A stretch of DNA of 64,000 bases, from positions 19,980,628-20,044,627 of the forward strand of contig OZ037767.1 of NCBI GenBank assembly GCA_964035545.1, read 5' to 3'. Every line of letters starts with the position of its first letter. The first letter of the stretch is position 1. This stretch comes from Bugula neritina. Lineage: Eukaryota; Animalia; Bryozoa. The position numbers and the translations under genes were made by a program. Under the pieces are notes generated by a model that was not told the DNA's origin, made no database searches, and saw nothing but the letters and a program-made list of their open reading frames with translations. Below are positions 21,499-35,599 of the stretch, one piece after another.

Positions 21499-22767
21499 TG
21501 GAGAAGCCATGCCAGCAAAGTATGTACAAGTTATCTGCTGACACAAAGAGTTCCAAACAGCAGTCCCATGGAGAAAGTGGAACTGTAGAATGAATTGTAG
21601 ATATTTTTTATTTGGTTTTGAAGATGCGAACTCAAATGCTATATTTGATAGACTTGTGGATTTTCATTGTCATTGCTGGGCTTTGAAATGCAACAGATCA
21701 AGTCTAGATTCAATGCCTGTTTTTGGTGATGATGTTTTCTAGGCCAGATGTATACTATTAAACTTTTCGTTTAGCTATCATCCAAAGTGAGTCAAAAGAC
21801 AGTTTAGTACTTTAACCTGTGAAATAGCTTGCAAAAATATTTATTGGTTTTATTCTCAAAATAGCACAGCTGTAGAAATAATTAATGGGCAGTATTGCTA
21901 TACCCTTACCAGATTCTATCCTTTATCTTAGGCTAATATTTTACCACTAAGTTTGCTGATTTGTGCAATGATGGAACACATGACATATTTTTGTATATAA
22001 ATTTATTCCCTAAAGATATGGTATTGTAGTGAGTTTTTATGGAATTATATATTTTTCAAACAACCACTGTGGCAAAAATTTGTCTCCAGTGTACAGTATG
22101 CAACAGAATGACGCAAATCTCTTTTAACTTCCCAGTTTGTTTTCTCCATTGTTATGATCCTCATTCAAAGGTTTCACCCTAACGGTATATTTTTCCAGCA
22201 TTTGCGTTATTACTACAAAATATTTTTTTGTAAATAAATAAATTTATAAACAAAAACTCTTTAAAATGTTATTGCTAAAAATTTTCAAAAGATTTTTATA
22301 GTTATTGCACTTTTGTTTTTACCTGCTAGCAGGTAGAATAGTATAAGCATCTCAGTCTAAGAAACAAACTTCTATCACAATATTTATTTATAGTTAAGTA
22401 ATGACTAGTGTGGTTGTGATAACTATTTTTAATACACCCAAAATAATCAATTAACTAGCTATACCAATGTGCATGCATCAGATTGCATAGTTAGTCCTGC
22501 ATATAGCAATATAGGTGATGGTAGAAGAAGGCAGTTTTTCATTGTTTGTCCTATTGTCTCTGTCATTATTGCAGTTAGAGTTGCTAGTATTTAATATCAA
22601 GCTATGTATTGTCTTTAACTATATGTATACTAATTGTGGAGGAGCTAACTATGTTGTAGTGGTAATTTAATAATTACATCTAGTGGCTAACTTTGGCTGG
22701 CATACGATATTGGCTGTGTGCATAATATGCAATATTATTGCTATAATCTATATGGACTTCAGACTGT

Positions 22768-23230
22768 CATTGTCGTACCAGCAGACGCAGCCATATCAAT
22801 AAGCTGAATAGATAAATAGACATATTTACATTTAGTATTGCAACAGCTTGACTTTACTCCTTACAATTTGAATTACATAATCATTAATGATTAAGATTAT
22901 AAATACATATCTCTGCTCTCTAGAAAGCAGAGTTTGACGACCTGCAGTAATATAGTTATATTGGTGAGTGTGGTGTATGTGTGGCTTGAAAGAAAATGAA
23001 AAGTATAAAAGGGAGTGTGTATGAGAAAGGGAGAGGAGAGATAGAGTGAATGAACAGATTAAAGATTGTGCAGAATGCATTAAGCTATATGAGTGAGTGC
23101 TAGCCCCAGGAGTCTACAGCGGAGTACACACAAATAAATACCCCTACAGACTGGCGGGAGCTGGAGTCACCTCGAGGCCAAGCCAAGCGACCCGTGCCTG
23201 TATGCTGAACTCGAGCTCACCTGAAGGCTA
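22768..23230 (+). mobile_element. Possible solo LTR
   Basis: TG...CA candidate ends, TATAAAAG at ~23004, GA-rich tract, AATAAA at ~23133. No clear TSD. Confidence 0.35.
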
Positions 23231-24437
23231 CAACCCAATTATATTATTCGGTGAGTTGCAATAGCTACAAGCAGCATATCCCAATATAATAACTAATTAG
23301 TGTTTAACCTCATTCTGTCCACTGTTACACGCACTACTAAGGACACTAGAGAAAAATACTAATACTATAACATTAACTACCTATATAACTTGGAGTTTAC
23401 TTATAAGAAAAACTATATCACGTTATTACCATGTACATGGAATCACAGCCAAATAAAATAATTACCTTATGTAATTTCTAAACCTAACATATCACCTTTT
23501 ATTGAGTTATCAGTCGCTGAAAACAAAATTTATTTAAACATATTCACCTTAAAAAAAACTGTTCTTGCTCATACACGTAGATTCACACAAGAAGCAATAA
23601 TATTTCCATTGCGAAAGGATACGTTAAAAAGCGGAAGCAGATATTTAAGACGACATCCGGACGAACTAAGGCCTCCATCCGTTCAAAGCGTGCTGCATGC
23701 GATTACAAGACAAAGAAAAGATCCCGGTAAAACAGTTTTTAAATATCTATCTAGCTGTTAGTATTATTATTTCTACTACCCATGCGTAGCTAAAATTGGT
23801 ACAATCGTTTCTATTACTATAAGTATGTATAACTGATAATCACAATATTAATACAATTGACGTGTAGGTATTGGTAATCATAATCATAATCATAATCATT
23901 ATGATTATGATTATGATAATCGTAATATAATAATCATAATGACTAATCACTTATCAGTCTAATGTACTTGTCTGTGTAATTTTCATTTTGTTTTTCACTG
24001 ATTTCGCTAGTAACTAATTATTGATTATTATTGTCTATTAGTATTACTATTAGTATTACTATTAGACTTATTGATTATATTTCAGCGTGAGTTTCTACAA
24101 CTACTTACTAACTATAAATTACAGTTACTACTTAGGTACTAGTGGTGATTTCGCTAGTAACTATTACTGTATTAGTATTACTATTAGTATTAGTATTACT
24201 AATTACTATTACTATAAGTAAAACTATTCGTATTACATTTACTATTATACTTCACTTACTCTTACTCTTAGTGATTACTAATTAATATTATTATTAGATT
24301 TCAGTTTAAGTTTCTACGACTACTTGAGTACTAGTACTACTAGTCCTAGTAGTAGTACTGCTACGTCTACTACTGAACCTAAAGGCTAGAGTACTACTGC
24401 TATTAGTATTACTACTAGAGTACTACTAATACTAATA

Positions 24438-25290
24438 GTTTGTTTGTTTGTTTTGTTAGAACCTTTAGACCCCTATATATGGGGAAGTGAAGGTTTTCAG
24501 ACCTGTGATTGTTGATTACTACAAGTCTTATGATCTTAAATCTCGTGAAGTGCGATGGACAAAACTGTTGTGCAGAAAACTGTTACTCGCAGCAAGAGCA
24601 GGTGGTAACTCTTTGGTGGCAGTCTGGACATTAGTTTTGGAATCACAGGCCACAAGTTTATCAAAGGACTTGGCTAATGACGAGTGAGCAGAGTTTCACA
24701 AGATTCTTGAAAATAACTTAATCGTAGATGTTTTCCTTCTCTGTTTAAGCGGCATTAGTTTTAACTGCTTTAGTTTCTCACACTATCTTGACGTCCTTTC
24801 ATATTGCAAATAAATCGCACGGCCTTTCTTTGCACCTGTTCAAGATGTTCAACCTGTCTATCCAGATAAGGGTCCCATATTTCCGCTGCATAATCCATAA
24901 TAGATCTGCAAAAGGTTATGTAAGCAATTAGTTCAACTTTTTCTGGGACTTTATACAGGGCACTTTTCATCATTCCTAATTTTTGGCTGGCTTTAGATGT
25001 AATGTTATCAATGTGCTCGTCCCACTTAAGGTTGTTACTGATTGTAACTCCCAGATATTTGAAGGAGTCAACGCACTTTAGATTCTTGTTATAAAGACTA
25101 TAATTAGATGGAACCTCACTGGTATTTTTGTTTTTACGCATACAGAATTTAGTTATGTAGCACTTATCAATGTTGAATTGCATTTGGTTGCTAGTGGCCC
25201 ACTCTGCTAATTTATTGATATCAGATTGAAAACTTATTTGGTCACCATTGTTCCTTATAGTCATATAAGCCAGGGCATCATCAGCAATAG
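24438..25290 (-). mobile_element. 3' fragment of an L2/CR1-group LINE (RT C-terminus, (CAAA)n tail)
   Basis: ADDALAY...LAEWATSNQMQFNIDKC...YLGVTISNNLKWDEHI...YAAEIWDPY...LEQVQRKAVRF; gtttgtttgttt at 24438-24455 is a simple-repeat tail. Confidence 0.85.
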
Positions 25291-25479
25291 TAATATTAAT
25301 ACTTAATAATAGTAATAATAAAATACTATTGTCATGGTATTGTTTGGATTGTTTTTCTTTATAAGTCGTATTCTTTTTTTTGTGTTCTGTCGATTTGATT
25401 ATGATTATGAATTAGGCAAGTGCAAAAATACAATTAAGGATTAAATTGTAAATATATTAGGAAACTCAGCATTTGCATG

Positions 25480-26750
25480 TGCTCTTGTGTGCGAAGGTCA
25501 ATGGTAGTGAGTACGAAACTCCCAGTCAAAACCTGGTAGGTTTTTGGCACCGCTAACAAAATGTGGTCTGTAGGATATTTCATACAGATCTCTTCTAGAG
25601 TGTTAGAGAGCGTCTCTCATAGCAGCCCACAATTAGTTTCTTCCAAGTTCTGATAAAGGATTATTGAAGGCTATCTCAGACGCTCTGTGTTTTTGGTCAA
25701 CTGCAATATATATTCTAGATTACTTTTGAGTTGTAGTCAAATATCTGATGGCTTTTATTGTACTATCAATGTAGGCTTCTTTGATGCAAACAATGTCTAT
25801 CATGGGCTACGAAATAGAGTTCAACTGTTTTGCACTTCAGGGATCTGGTGTTCATGTGTTGAAGAGTCTTTTTTTCGTTACATGGTGTTTATGCCAGGTC
25901 TTTTTTTAACTGGCATATCTTTACAGTCTCCCGAAGTTTTACTTTGGATCTTCTGAGTAGTTTCGTCATTCTCGTTCATTTGTTTGATTTGCTCTTTCAG
26001 TTTGTTCTGCTGGTCTCATTAATCTAACCTAAGCACATAATCTAACCTCGCTACCATTCTTGACAATAAGTCAGTCTCATTTTCTGACAAACTATCTATT
26101 TAGCAGGAACTTTATCTTGCAAATTTATTGGTAATTGACGGACTAGCTGTACTACTGGCTGAATATTAGTAGGTCTTGAACTATGTTCTCTCTATGAAGT
26201 TTTCCCAGGACTCAGTTGAGTCACCGAAGAATGATGGTAAGCTATCTAGGTTTGGTGCTACGCTAGTTATTATTTGAGTATGGAATGGGTTAATAGTGGG
26301 TATGCTGCAGAAAGGTCGTCGTTGGTATGAAGGGACTTGTAATGTGGGTGTCATATGTGATTGGGTTGTCAAGCCATGATGTGTAATCATAAGGCTGTGT
26401 GTAGGGCCAGTCGACGTGTTGCTATTTATGCAGTCCCGTCATAGTTCAGGTGTTGAGTGAGTTTCAGAACTTCACTATTTCCTCTTTTGAGGTGGGTGTG
26501 TGTAATGTCGTTTCGTATCTTGTGCCTGTATCGTAGGATGTTGGAGTCAAGTTGGACATGGTGGTTGTTGCTGGCCATGGGATGTCAGTAGGGTCAGATA
26601 GGACAGTTAAAGTTGGAGTAGTTGTCATGGGAGGTTGTGTGATGGTGTCAAGAAAGCTTGTTGTAGGAGGGGGAGATGAGGTTGGTTCTCCTGAGGTAGC
26701 CAATTGTTGTTATCGGGTTATGCTTCGTATCACTGGCCTCTTAGGCTCTT
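25480..26750 (-). mobile_element. Degraded gypsy-type gag region
   Basis: LPSFFGDSTESWENFIER capsid-like motif (26181-26390) and a broken CCHC knuckle (FC*RCQKP...) near 25530-25570. Confidence 0.55.
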
Positions 26751-27750
26751 ACTACTCATACAATATGTGTGCTTGTTTATTGATTGTTATGTTTAAAAAT
26801 TATTGGTACAGGTATACTTCAAGTATGTTTGTGTGTGTAATTGCTTTGTAATCAGTCACTGTTGTAATTAGTAATATAATTAATTAGCTATCTAACAATA
26901 AGCTGGAACAAAGTGGGCTTTCTGTTCTAGTAAGATAATGTAATTAATTAACACCACTATGATTATCCGTGGTAATTTGTAATTACCTTGGGAATGTGGA
27001 AATTAGATGGTATGTTTTTCTAATTATGCCAGTTAGTGAAACGACAGTTTCTTTTCCTAATACATTGCTGATGGAGAAGGCAATTCCTCTTCTTTATCAG
27101 CTGTAATATTGAAATAAATTTCCTGCTTTTTTAATGAAGGTAATTATTAAAATTTGAGTATTAGATAGTTAATTGCAGTGAAATTTCAAATTTGGCCAAA
27201 CTGCATTTTTGACGGAAAACCAGGAAGGTATAAACGCATCATGAGACACCTGCTATAAACCAAAATATATTCATTTTGTCAATAGAATTAGTAAACAAAA
27301 TACATTACCTCCAACAAACAAGTTAGTTAAAGACAGAGCAACTAAAAACATTCTCTGCAACCTTGACATAACTGATACTCTGTATGTTTAGGGCAAACTC
27401 TTCTCTCCAGTTTTTTGTCTTGTATTCTGAGTCAGAGATGGTCATCTTATGGTGGTAATCGTAGAGCAAACAATAGCTAGTTTGTTCCTACTGTCACAAT
27501 TATCACTATGAGACCAGCTGGTGATTTGTTTCCCTGAGACCCAGTCATAAAACCAAAACGCTAAAAATTTTATTAGGTGAATTACTAAGATATTAACCAA
27601 GAAATGGATATTTGAAGTATTTTTATGAGTTGGGTTTACCATCAACTAGAATGTTGAATATTGTGTATATGTGAGTTTTGCCCACACTTTGATCACAAAG
27701 TAAAGTTAGACACAATAAGATACAGCATTGTGATTGTTAGCTGTACATTC

Positions 27751-28261
27751 CTATACGGTGTGGTAGGCTGTGAAGCATTTTCTATTCTCTGTAAAGCATA
27801 GTCTCACATCGCATTCCATGCACACTTTACTTGTGAGTTTACAGTGAGTTTTACTGGCCAGTGTGCAACTTCATCTACGGCAGTCTCTCTGGATTATTTT
27901 CGGTTGTACAAGTGAAGGAATAAGATCATGAGCTGGTTAACCAGCTTTCCTTCTTTCTGTTTTTGCCAATCCTTCAGCCACTATCGCTTGGAACCTATGT
28001 CTGTTGAGCATTTTTATTTCCGATAGGCCAAGTAGTGCGTAATCTCTTCTCAATAGGTTCAAGGAGTTCGCAAAGCCATTCAATTGGAAGTGCCAGAACA
28101 AATAAATGTATCACCTCCAGCTTTCATCAGAAGCCTGTACCGAGCAGAAAATTTATCTAGGAAGTCGATGCCACCCATGTGCTTGTTATAGGGACCAACA
28201 ATTGCTGGCATGGGTACATCAGCTTGATTTTTTACCACCTCCATCGTTTCGCTACCCCTCT
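27751..28261 (-). mobile_element. piggyBac transposase C-terminal relic
   Basis: VPMPAIVGPYNKHMGGIDFLD (third catalytic D motif) and Cys-rich tail CMECDVRLCFTENRKCFTAYH*. Confidence 0.88.
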
Positions 28262-30890
28262 TCAGACTCGTGACCAATTTCTGTAGAAAGTAATGTCACT
28301 TGTTCTCGTAAGTTCTCTGGCCCACCTGTGAGCTTCTGGGACGTCCCGATGACTCAAGAGCCCTTTCCCTTCATTTGAAAGATCTAGCTTCTCCCTCCAG
28401 ATGTTGACTATACTTTCCTTTGATGAAACAATCTTTCCTGCAACAACAGGCGCGGCCAAGTCTCTTAGCTCAAGTAACACTCCTACCCTGGAGCCATGAG
28501 TCTACACATCCTCTGATGTTTGAGCATTGGTATTAGAAGTTTAAGGGCCGGCACTCCAAGCCCTTCGTCCTCAATGTCGACGTGTAGGACCACGCTCGAA
28601 CACTGCTCCATGACCTTGAGCCATCTCTTCACTGATGAGCGAATTAGGTAATCTAATGCACTCAACGGCTTGGAGGATGGCTCAAGTAGTACCAATTGAT
28701 GGTAAAACTTCGGCACAAAGTGCTCTCTTGAAAGGAATAATCTTTGTTGAGGCTTTAGTGGCGCTCGAGACAGCCTCTCTAACCCGATGGTAATCTCCTT
28801 CCTAGAGTTTGACCCCTTAAATTTCACACCAACCTGGGCGCCCGGATACCAGTAAGTATCCGTAATGGGTACAGCCGGCACCTCGACCCCATCCACCGCC
28901 AAAAAAGGTTTGCTGTCTGAGTACCACTTGCCTTTCCTTGCTCCAATACTTATTGTTGCACTTTTACTTGGGTTTGCTACAAACCCCGCTCTACTTAACT
29001 CATTAATTAAAAGCTCTGTGTTGACGCCCAGACCCTCTTTACTTTCATCAGAAAGGACAATGTCATCAGCGAAAGCCATGTAGGTAATCGCCAGGTCAAT
29101 TACAGTGTTGAACAGGTGCACGAACATATAGTCCCCCTGCTTGATTCTTCTCTTTGATGTTATGCTTTCAGACAATGTATCCCCGGGCACCAGTCTCGTA
29201 CTACTCATTCAATAAAACTTCGAAAAGTACTTAACCAAATGTTTTGAGATACCTAGCCGCTTACAAGCTGTCCAAAGTGCACCGTGTCTAATGCTGTCGA
29301 AAGCCTTGCGCATGTCCAGAAATGCTAGACGGAGGTACCGACACTTTGATTAAGCATCACTAATGCATTTCTGCAAGAGTAAAGAATTAAAAAAAATTTC
29401 ATCACCCTACCGAAATCCTTTCTGACAGTGAGAGATTGGAAGCAAACATTCCAACCTCCCTCCCAAGATACTGTGATAGAGTCATAAAAAGACAGAACCC
29501 ACCGTAATGGGCCTGTGCTGACTCGGATCAGCAGTATCCGGGGCCTTCGGTTTGGGAGTAGTCCTCCCCTCGCATATTCTGGGTGGAACAGAACCTAGGT
29601 GAAACCAGAGGTTGAAAAGAGAGGCGAGTTCCTTCACCTTGTTGTTCTTGAGCATCCGCCACGTCAAGCTATCCAGTCCCGGTGCCCCACTACTCTTCTG
29701 AGAAAGGTATTTAACTACCTCCTCTTCCGAGATGGGGTCCATAAGACCGTCTAGCCTGACTTGGGGATCGTTGTACTCCGGCGCATCGATTGGAAAATTT
29801 TCTCTCCAGCAGTTTGGTCTAAGACTCCTCTGCGCCTTCAAGGATAGAATCCTTGAGTTCAAGGCTATCCTGAAGAATACCACTCATGAGACGCTTGGGG
29901 TCTCGGCAGAACATCTTCAGTACTCATTTAAAGAGACGTCGACGTCTGCGATGACTCGGAGGAGTCATCGAGGGAGCCCCAAGGTCTCCATCCTGCCTGA
30001 TGGCACCACCGGAGCTGGTTTTCCGAACTGCTGGAAAGAGCCTCTCCAGCGATGTGTCGAGCACATTTTGATCTATGGCGACATTTTCGTCTGTGATCTC
30101 ATCTCCGAAAATGAGAGACTCTTGTGTCTCTTGATGGCGAATAATTTTTCCTTGACTTGAGATTCGATGAGTCTTCAACTGATTGCGTTTCGGGCATATT
30201 ATCGGCTCTAGCCTATTCTTCAGCAAGTAGCTAAGAATATCTTACTTTTTTATTCCTTTGTCTTTTGATCTATTTAACTGTATACTCAGGAAAGCATTTT
30301 TCCAGCTCCTGAGTAATATGCTTTACTCCTTGCAGTTTAAGTTTCACCTCCTCTCTAGCCAGTTTCATCAGCATTCCGTCGTCCCATTTTAACTTTTTTT
30401 ACTTTTTTTCCAGCTTCTACCTGATGTTAACGCTCCTCGCGAGTTCTCCTCAAATGTAGAGAGAGACCACGTAATGAGCTATATGCTGTACCACATGGGG
30501 TGCACTGGTAGAAAGTGCAAATTTGACAGATCCCAGGTCTGTCTGAGCCCCAATCTGAGTACTTTGAAAATTCAACAAAATTCTCCACTATATCCCGATC
30601 CGTCCCGGTCGAACAACTACAGTTGCCTAACTGCTGCTCTGGGCACACACCTGCATCGACAGAGGTACAAACCCCAGTGGGGGTTTCGTTACGCCTATGT
30701 TTTGCTGGCATATCCTCTGGATTAAGAACCTCAGTTCTAAAAGAAAAAGAAAAAAAGGCAAACTGAGGTAATGCACTATTAGCCGCTGGAAAAAGGCCAG
30801 CGTTTCCGACTCTCACCACGAGGAGGTCATGCCATCTCACAGCGGCAATGTCGATTGCTTCCTGGTTTTTTATAATTATATGATTCTCGA
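28262..30890 (-). mobile_element. R2 non-LTR retrotransposon, lineage A copy 1 (5' UTR, ZnF, Myb, RT; frameshifted, 3'-truncated)
   Basis: CCHH finger, Myb-like region, GAPGLD, QHRPITV, IKQGD, MAFADD, LSRAPLKPQQR; HDV-like ribozyme core upstream. Confidence 0.9.
30771..30835 (-). ncRNA. HDV-like ribozyme core in R2 5' UTR (P1 5' strand missing)
   Basis: Minus strand GCAUG-ACC-UCCUCGU-GGU-GAGAGUC-GG-AAA-CGCUGG-ccuuuuu-CCAGCG-GCUAA-UAGUGC gives P2 (with one bulge), P3/L3, P1 3' strand, P1.1 GG, P4 and J4/2 with the catalytic C. Confidence 0.8.
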
Positions 30891-31373
30891 CCACTCTTTT
30901 TCATGGCTTTCTCCTCGCTGAGTTGACATTCTGCCATACTGTTTGAACGCTCCGTGCCAGTGTAAAAATATTTTTATTGTGCAGGTTATCAGTCTTACTG
31001 CGATGCCCTATACACAATGATCAAGATGAAGAATTGGTTTAGTCACATTATAGACCATGGACTCTGTGTAGTCTTCTGTGTAGACATACATAAGTGTTAC
31101 CCTTGTATTTACAGACAGAAAAACAACTATAGGAAATATCAACCAATTGTAAGAGTTCGAGAAATTTAGGAAAAGTGGAAATCTGCCATTCCTTGGTTTA
31201 GGCTAACAGTTACATCTGCTGCAGATACAACATCTACTTCTACATCTCTCATTTCTTCTGCAAAACAAACTTCAAATAATATGATAATGTCCTATATAAA
31301 AATCTGATATGGTTAGTGAAAATGCATTTTACGATTTAGATATGAATTCACACTGCTCCTGTTTGAACAGCTA

Positions 31374-32705
31374 TTTTTTTTTAAACGCGTGTCTTCCCTC
31401 TATCCGAGGGAAGGAACAGGTTCATTAAACCATTTTGATGTCAACCCATGGCTGAGAGGCTTTTGGAAAAAGGGATTTTTACCGGCCTGTCTTTCAGGGG
31501 TAATAACTGAAAAAATTTTAGAAAATATATGACAATGTAAATTGTCCTACCAGTCAATCTCCTCGATCTCATTCAATGTCACTGTCGATTTATTCCACAT
31601 GTCGTAGATATAAACTCCATACTGCATTGTTCGCAATGACAGTATTGGTAGCTCTCTTATACTGATGAAATCCTTACAGAATTTTGCACTTTTCTCGCAT
31701 ATTGCTCTCCTCCAATTCATGATGAATCCTGCTATCGACACCTTCTTCTTTTGACTTACTTCTTTTGCAAATGTCCATACCTTTTCCACGTTGTACTTAT
31801 CCACTTTGCCTTTATAGGGTACTTTCAGAGCCACATGATCAGAGACGATGACTATGTCTAGCACCTTCACCTCGTCTGAGACTTCGTGCCAGTACACTAT
31901 GTCTGGTTTGAGCAACCCTGACGCGTCTCTGATATGTGGCTCCGAATGCACCCCAAACCCTTGTTTTTCTAACCTGTTACATAAATATTCTACTATGGTG
32001 TTGTGCCTGTGTACACGTGGTCCGTGTGATCGTGGGCATGTTTGTAATATGTGACTGAGTGTGTGTGGGGTGTTGATACATACTGGGCAAAAAGCCGAAA
32101 CACCTTTATTTATTCTATTCCTTAGCGAGTTGGTTACTAGTGTTTTATATCTTAGGTGATTAATTCTAATATAATCCTGTCCGCTCAATATTCTTGTTGG
32201 CTCTCGTGTCCATCGGTGTGCTTGTGGTACCTTATCATGCTCAGCCAGGCCTTTTCCATCGGTTGTATTTATCATCTTTTCCTTCCATAGGTTTTCTTCC
32301 TCTTTTTTTGTTCCCTATGCTCTTTCCCATGATCCTGGGCGGCGCTAGCTCCTTTGGTTCAATAACAGCATCGACTAACGGGTCTCCGTAACCTGTCAAG
32401 CGAGCAATTCTCTCAAATCTCAACCTCCTGATTGTGTATCTGAATGATGGAATCCCTAGTCCTCCCGTGTTAACCGGTGCGTAAAAATTTGCACTGGCAA
32501 AATGAATATGCACCTTCAACCATTTCTTACATTCTGCTCGCACTATATAATCTAGATGCGTCAGTACTTCTCCAGTTGGAGGCGATAAGATGAGTGCGTG
32601 ATAGTATTTAGGTAATAAAAAGGTTCTTGGTAAAAATAGCCTTTGTTGCGGCTTGAGGGGTGCTTTTGATAGTTTCTTTACAGATGACTCCAAACTCTTC
32701 AACAT
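31374..32705 (-). mobile_element. R2 3' half (thumb, CCHC knuckle, restriction-like endonuclease, 3' UTR, poly-A)
   Basis: KAPLKPQQR, GGLGIP, CPVC...HILQTC, RHN, EPHI...KPDIV...D...KVDKY; A9 tail at 31374-31382. Confidence 0.9.
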
Positions 32706-33299
32706 TTAGAAATATGATATAATACAATTCTGCTTTAATATGCTCAAGGGAAATTGCATGATGTCTGCGCCAGGATGGCCATAGATCCCAGTTGCACATA
32801 AACAAGAGCCTTAAGATGTCACCAACTAACTTGATTGAGCATGGATCTGAACCAGTAAAATTGCTATCCTCTGCCTACATAGCTACATAAACCACGAACA
32901 CCACCTCCTGTCGAAGTCTCTTTCAAAACCTACAAAGTTATAACTTGAAAGATACAACCTCAAAATCAACCTCATTGCCATAAAGCCAGGTTTCAGTTTC
33001 GCGCATGAAAATGAATGCTGATACTAGAAAAAAATAATTGAAACTCATCAAAGTTGCGTTTAATTTTTTTGACATTTTATTTTGAGTATATGTAGATATG
33101 GATGATCTACAGTGCTTACTAAATGGACCCTTTTTAGAAGTCCCCAATATCTCCCTAACAATTAAAAGTTGTGTCCTGCCAAAGTAAAATATAAATAAAC
33201 TTCAACGCATTTTTGTTTTATTTGTTGCTTAGCAATGCTGAGGTGCCACTTCAGCATTTCGGAGTAACCAAAGCCACAAAAATGTTTTCAAGTTTTTTG

Positions 33300-33400
33300 T
33301 CACTTTTTCCTTCGCTTAGACTTGCACATTTTAGCATAGTGTCCAACTTTACACAGCGTGCTCATTTGTAGTATTTAGCAGAACTTGTTCCTCCCTGTGA
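33300..33400 (-). mobile_element. Gag zinc-knuckle remnant (LTR retrotransposon)
   Basis: Minus strand encodes CKVGHYAKMCKSK. Confidence 0.45.
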
Positions 33401-35599
33401 TTAACAACCACATCGGCCTCATAGGGTACCATTATTTTGCTTAACATTGTTACTCCTAAAGTTGTTGTGTTTCTGGAACTTGGTAAAGTCGTATTCTGTA
33501 GGAGGATTAAACCGCCATAACAAAAAAATTCACTTTAATCATGTAAACTAGAATAGTTATTAGCTATTAACTTCAACTCAACACGTACTGGTACTTTGAT
33601 ATGTAACGAGTATATAGTAGTCTTTTTTATATGTCCTTCACTGTCGAACTCCAGTGGTAGACTAATTCTACGCCGGAAACTCGCCTACATATACAATCTA
33701 AAAATTGAAGCAAATAATGGAGCTCCGAAAATCGATATCTTCTGACTTTTGGTCAAAGATTGGCTCACAGTACACAAAAGAAAAACTGGAGAGGTAAAAG
33801 CAAACAGTCAATTATGCCAAGGGTGTAACAGTTCAAGCAAACAGAAACTACTTCATTGCAATTACAGAATATGTTGTAAATATATCTCCCAAAATTTACC
33901 AGAATATAATACAAGTGGATTTTTTCGACTCAATTCCACATTTTTTTTAAATTGAGATGAGTCTGCTCCTCCTGGCATATTTCTTCAGTTGTTTCACTTC
34001 ACTTTGTTGTGATGAAATTATTCACATTTTTGTTTTTTGTTCTATGTCTTACTTCATAGACATTTTTTTCTCAAATGCAAGCTAGACAATTAGCTTGATA
34101 TAATTATCATTAAAAATTTAGGGGAGGCACTATTGTCAGGTGCTCTGCATAACCTAGCCAGCCTGCAGCAGCAACCCACCTCAATGAGCAATATTGTAAT
34201 TAAGATTCTCCATATTACACTGAATAACAAACGCCATGTTAATAAAAATTAAACATGTGTGCTGTGATAAGTTAAGCAGGTGTAGCAATTATTGTAAACA
34301 TACTTATAGTTTAAATACAAATACAAAACTAACTATACATGCACATATATGAATGCATATGCACTGTAAAAGCAAAAAGGAATTCTTTTCATTTCGTGAA
34401 AAATCTTGGGATTTCGTTCTTTAGCCCTGTCATACTCGATCTAAACTTTTGACTCGAGTTTTCTGAAGCAGCATTGACTTTTTTAGCAACTTGGTGATCT
34501 ACTTTGTACATGTATTATTATAGATATATTACCAGACATTTTACACCAAATATTGTGTCTTTTGGCAAGAAATTATTATTGGATCCCTCAACAACTCTGT
34601 GATATTTCGTTTGATAACTTTCTGAAAGTCTTAAACTGTTCAACAGATTTTCATTCTGTCACCTGCAGTATGACAAACTATTTAGATTGACTCTTCTGGA
34701 TTTTACCGTTTACCTTTTCCACCTTTTACTCCATTCTAGCCATGTTTCTAGCAAGAAGACAAGCTCATCTGGAAGACTGAGCTAGAACTTGCTGTTAGTC
34801 AACTCTAAGGCTATTTTTCGAATGAAAATATATTGAAAGTTGAAACTGAAAAAAGTCACAATTATTTATTTTATTTTGCAGTGGCTACCTTGTTGTGCTA
34901 TCTTGTGGAAACTGCTTTTTGTGTATTTATGCCTCCCCCCCCCCCCCCCCAGTAAGACAATGTAGTTATACAAATAGTCTGGAGAAGGCAACTTCATAGT
35001 AGCAAGTATTACAACGCCCATTGTTCCAAAGTGCATAATCTGCACCAATCAATTCTGCTTACTTGAAGCTTGACTTCACCAATGGATTTGTGTTCACTTG
35101 CTCATCAGTCAAGTTTTTTACTCTGTACATCAGCTATTACCATATTTTGCGGTGAGTGCGAGATATATTTTATTCCTATCGCACGGGTCATGCTATGAAC
35201 TTTTGGCCACATTTTATAAATCTGCTGAATGATAATGAAGTTTTTTCACCCTCAACTATGGTTTCTCGATTTCATAGCATATCGAACTCTTCTGCTAGTC
35301 TATTTTTAATCGTAGTGTTTTAGTTTTCTCAAATTTATAACAAAAGCTGTAGTAAAATGTCATCTTAGCATCTGCAAATATTGTGGAAATTCAAATATCA
35401 AACACATAAAAGATAATAAATTTGAATATTTCTGTCTTACTGGTTTTTGAGTGCAAAAAAGTGCCGAAACGTGAATTTGCTGCGGAATCTGAGGCCAACT
35501 TCGGTTTGTCTGCCGTACAGTTTCTAAATATAATTAATCTTCTTAATACATTTTCACTTTTTGTAGTACCAAAAACTTGCAGCATATTTCTAGGCAACT

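Noticed and set aside
30808-30814. GACTCTC on the plus strand as an rDNA remnant (also 58982-58988)
   Set aside because: Only 7 nt and embedded in the ribozyme core as the P1 3' strand; no extended 28S similarity visible anywhere.
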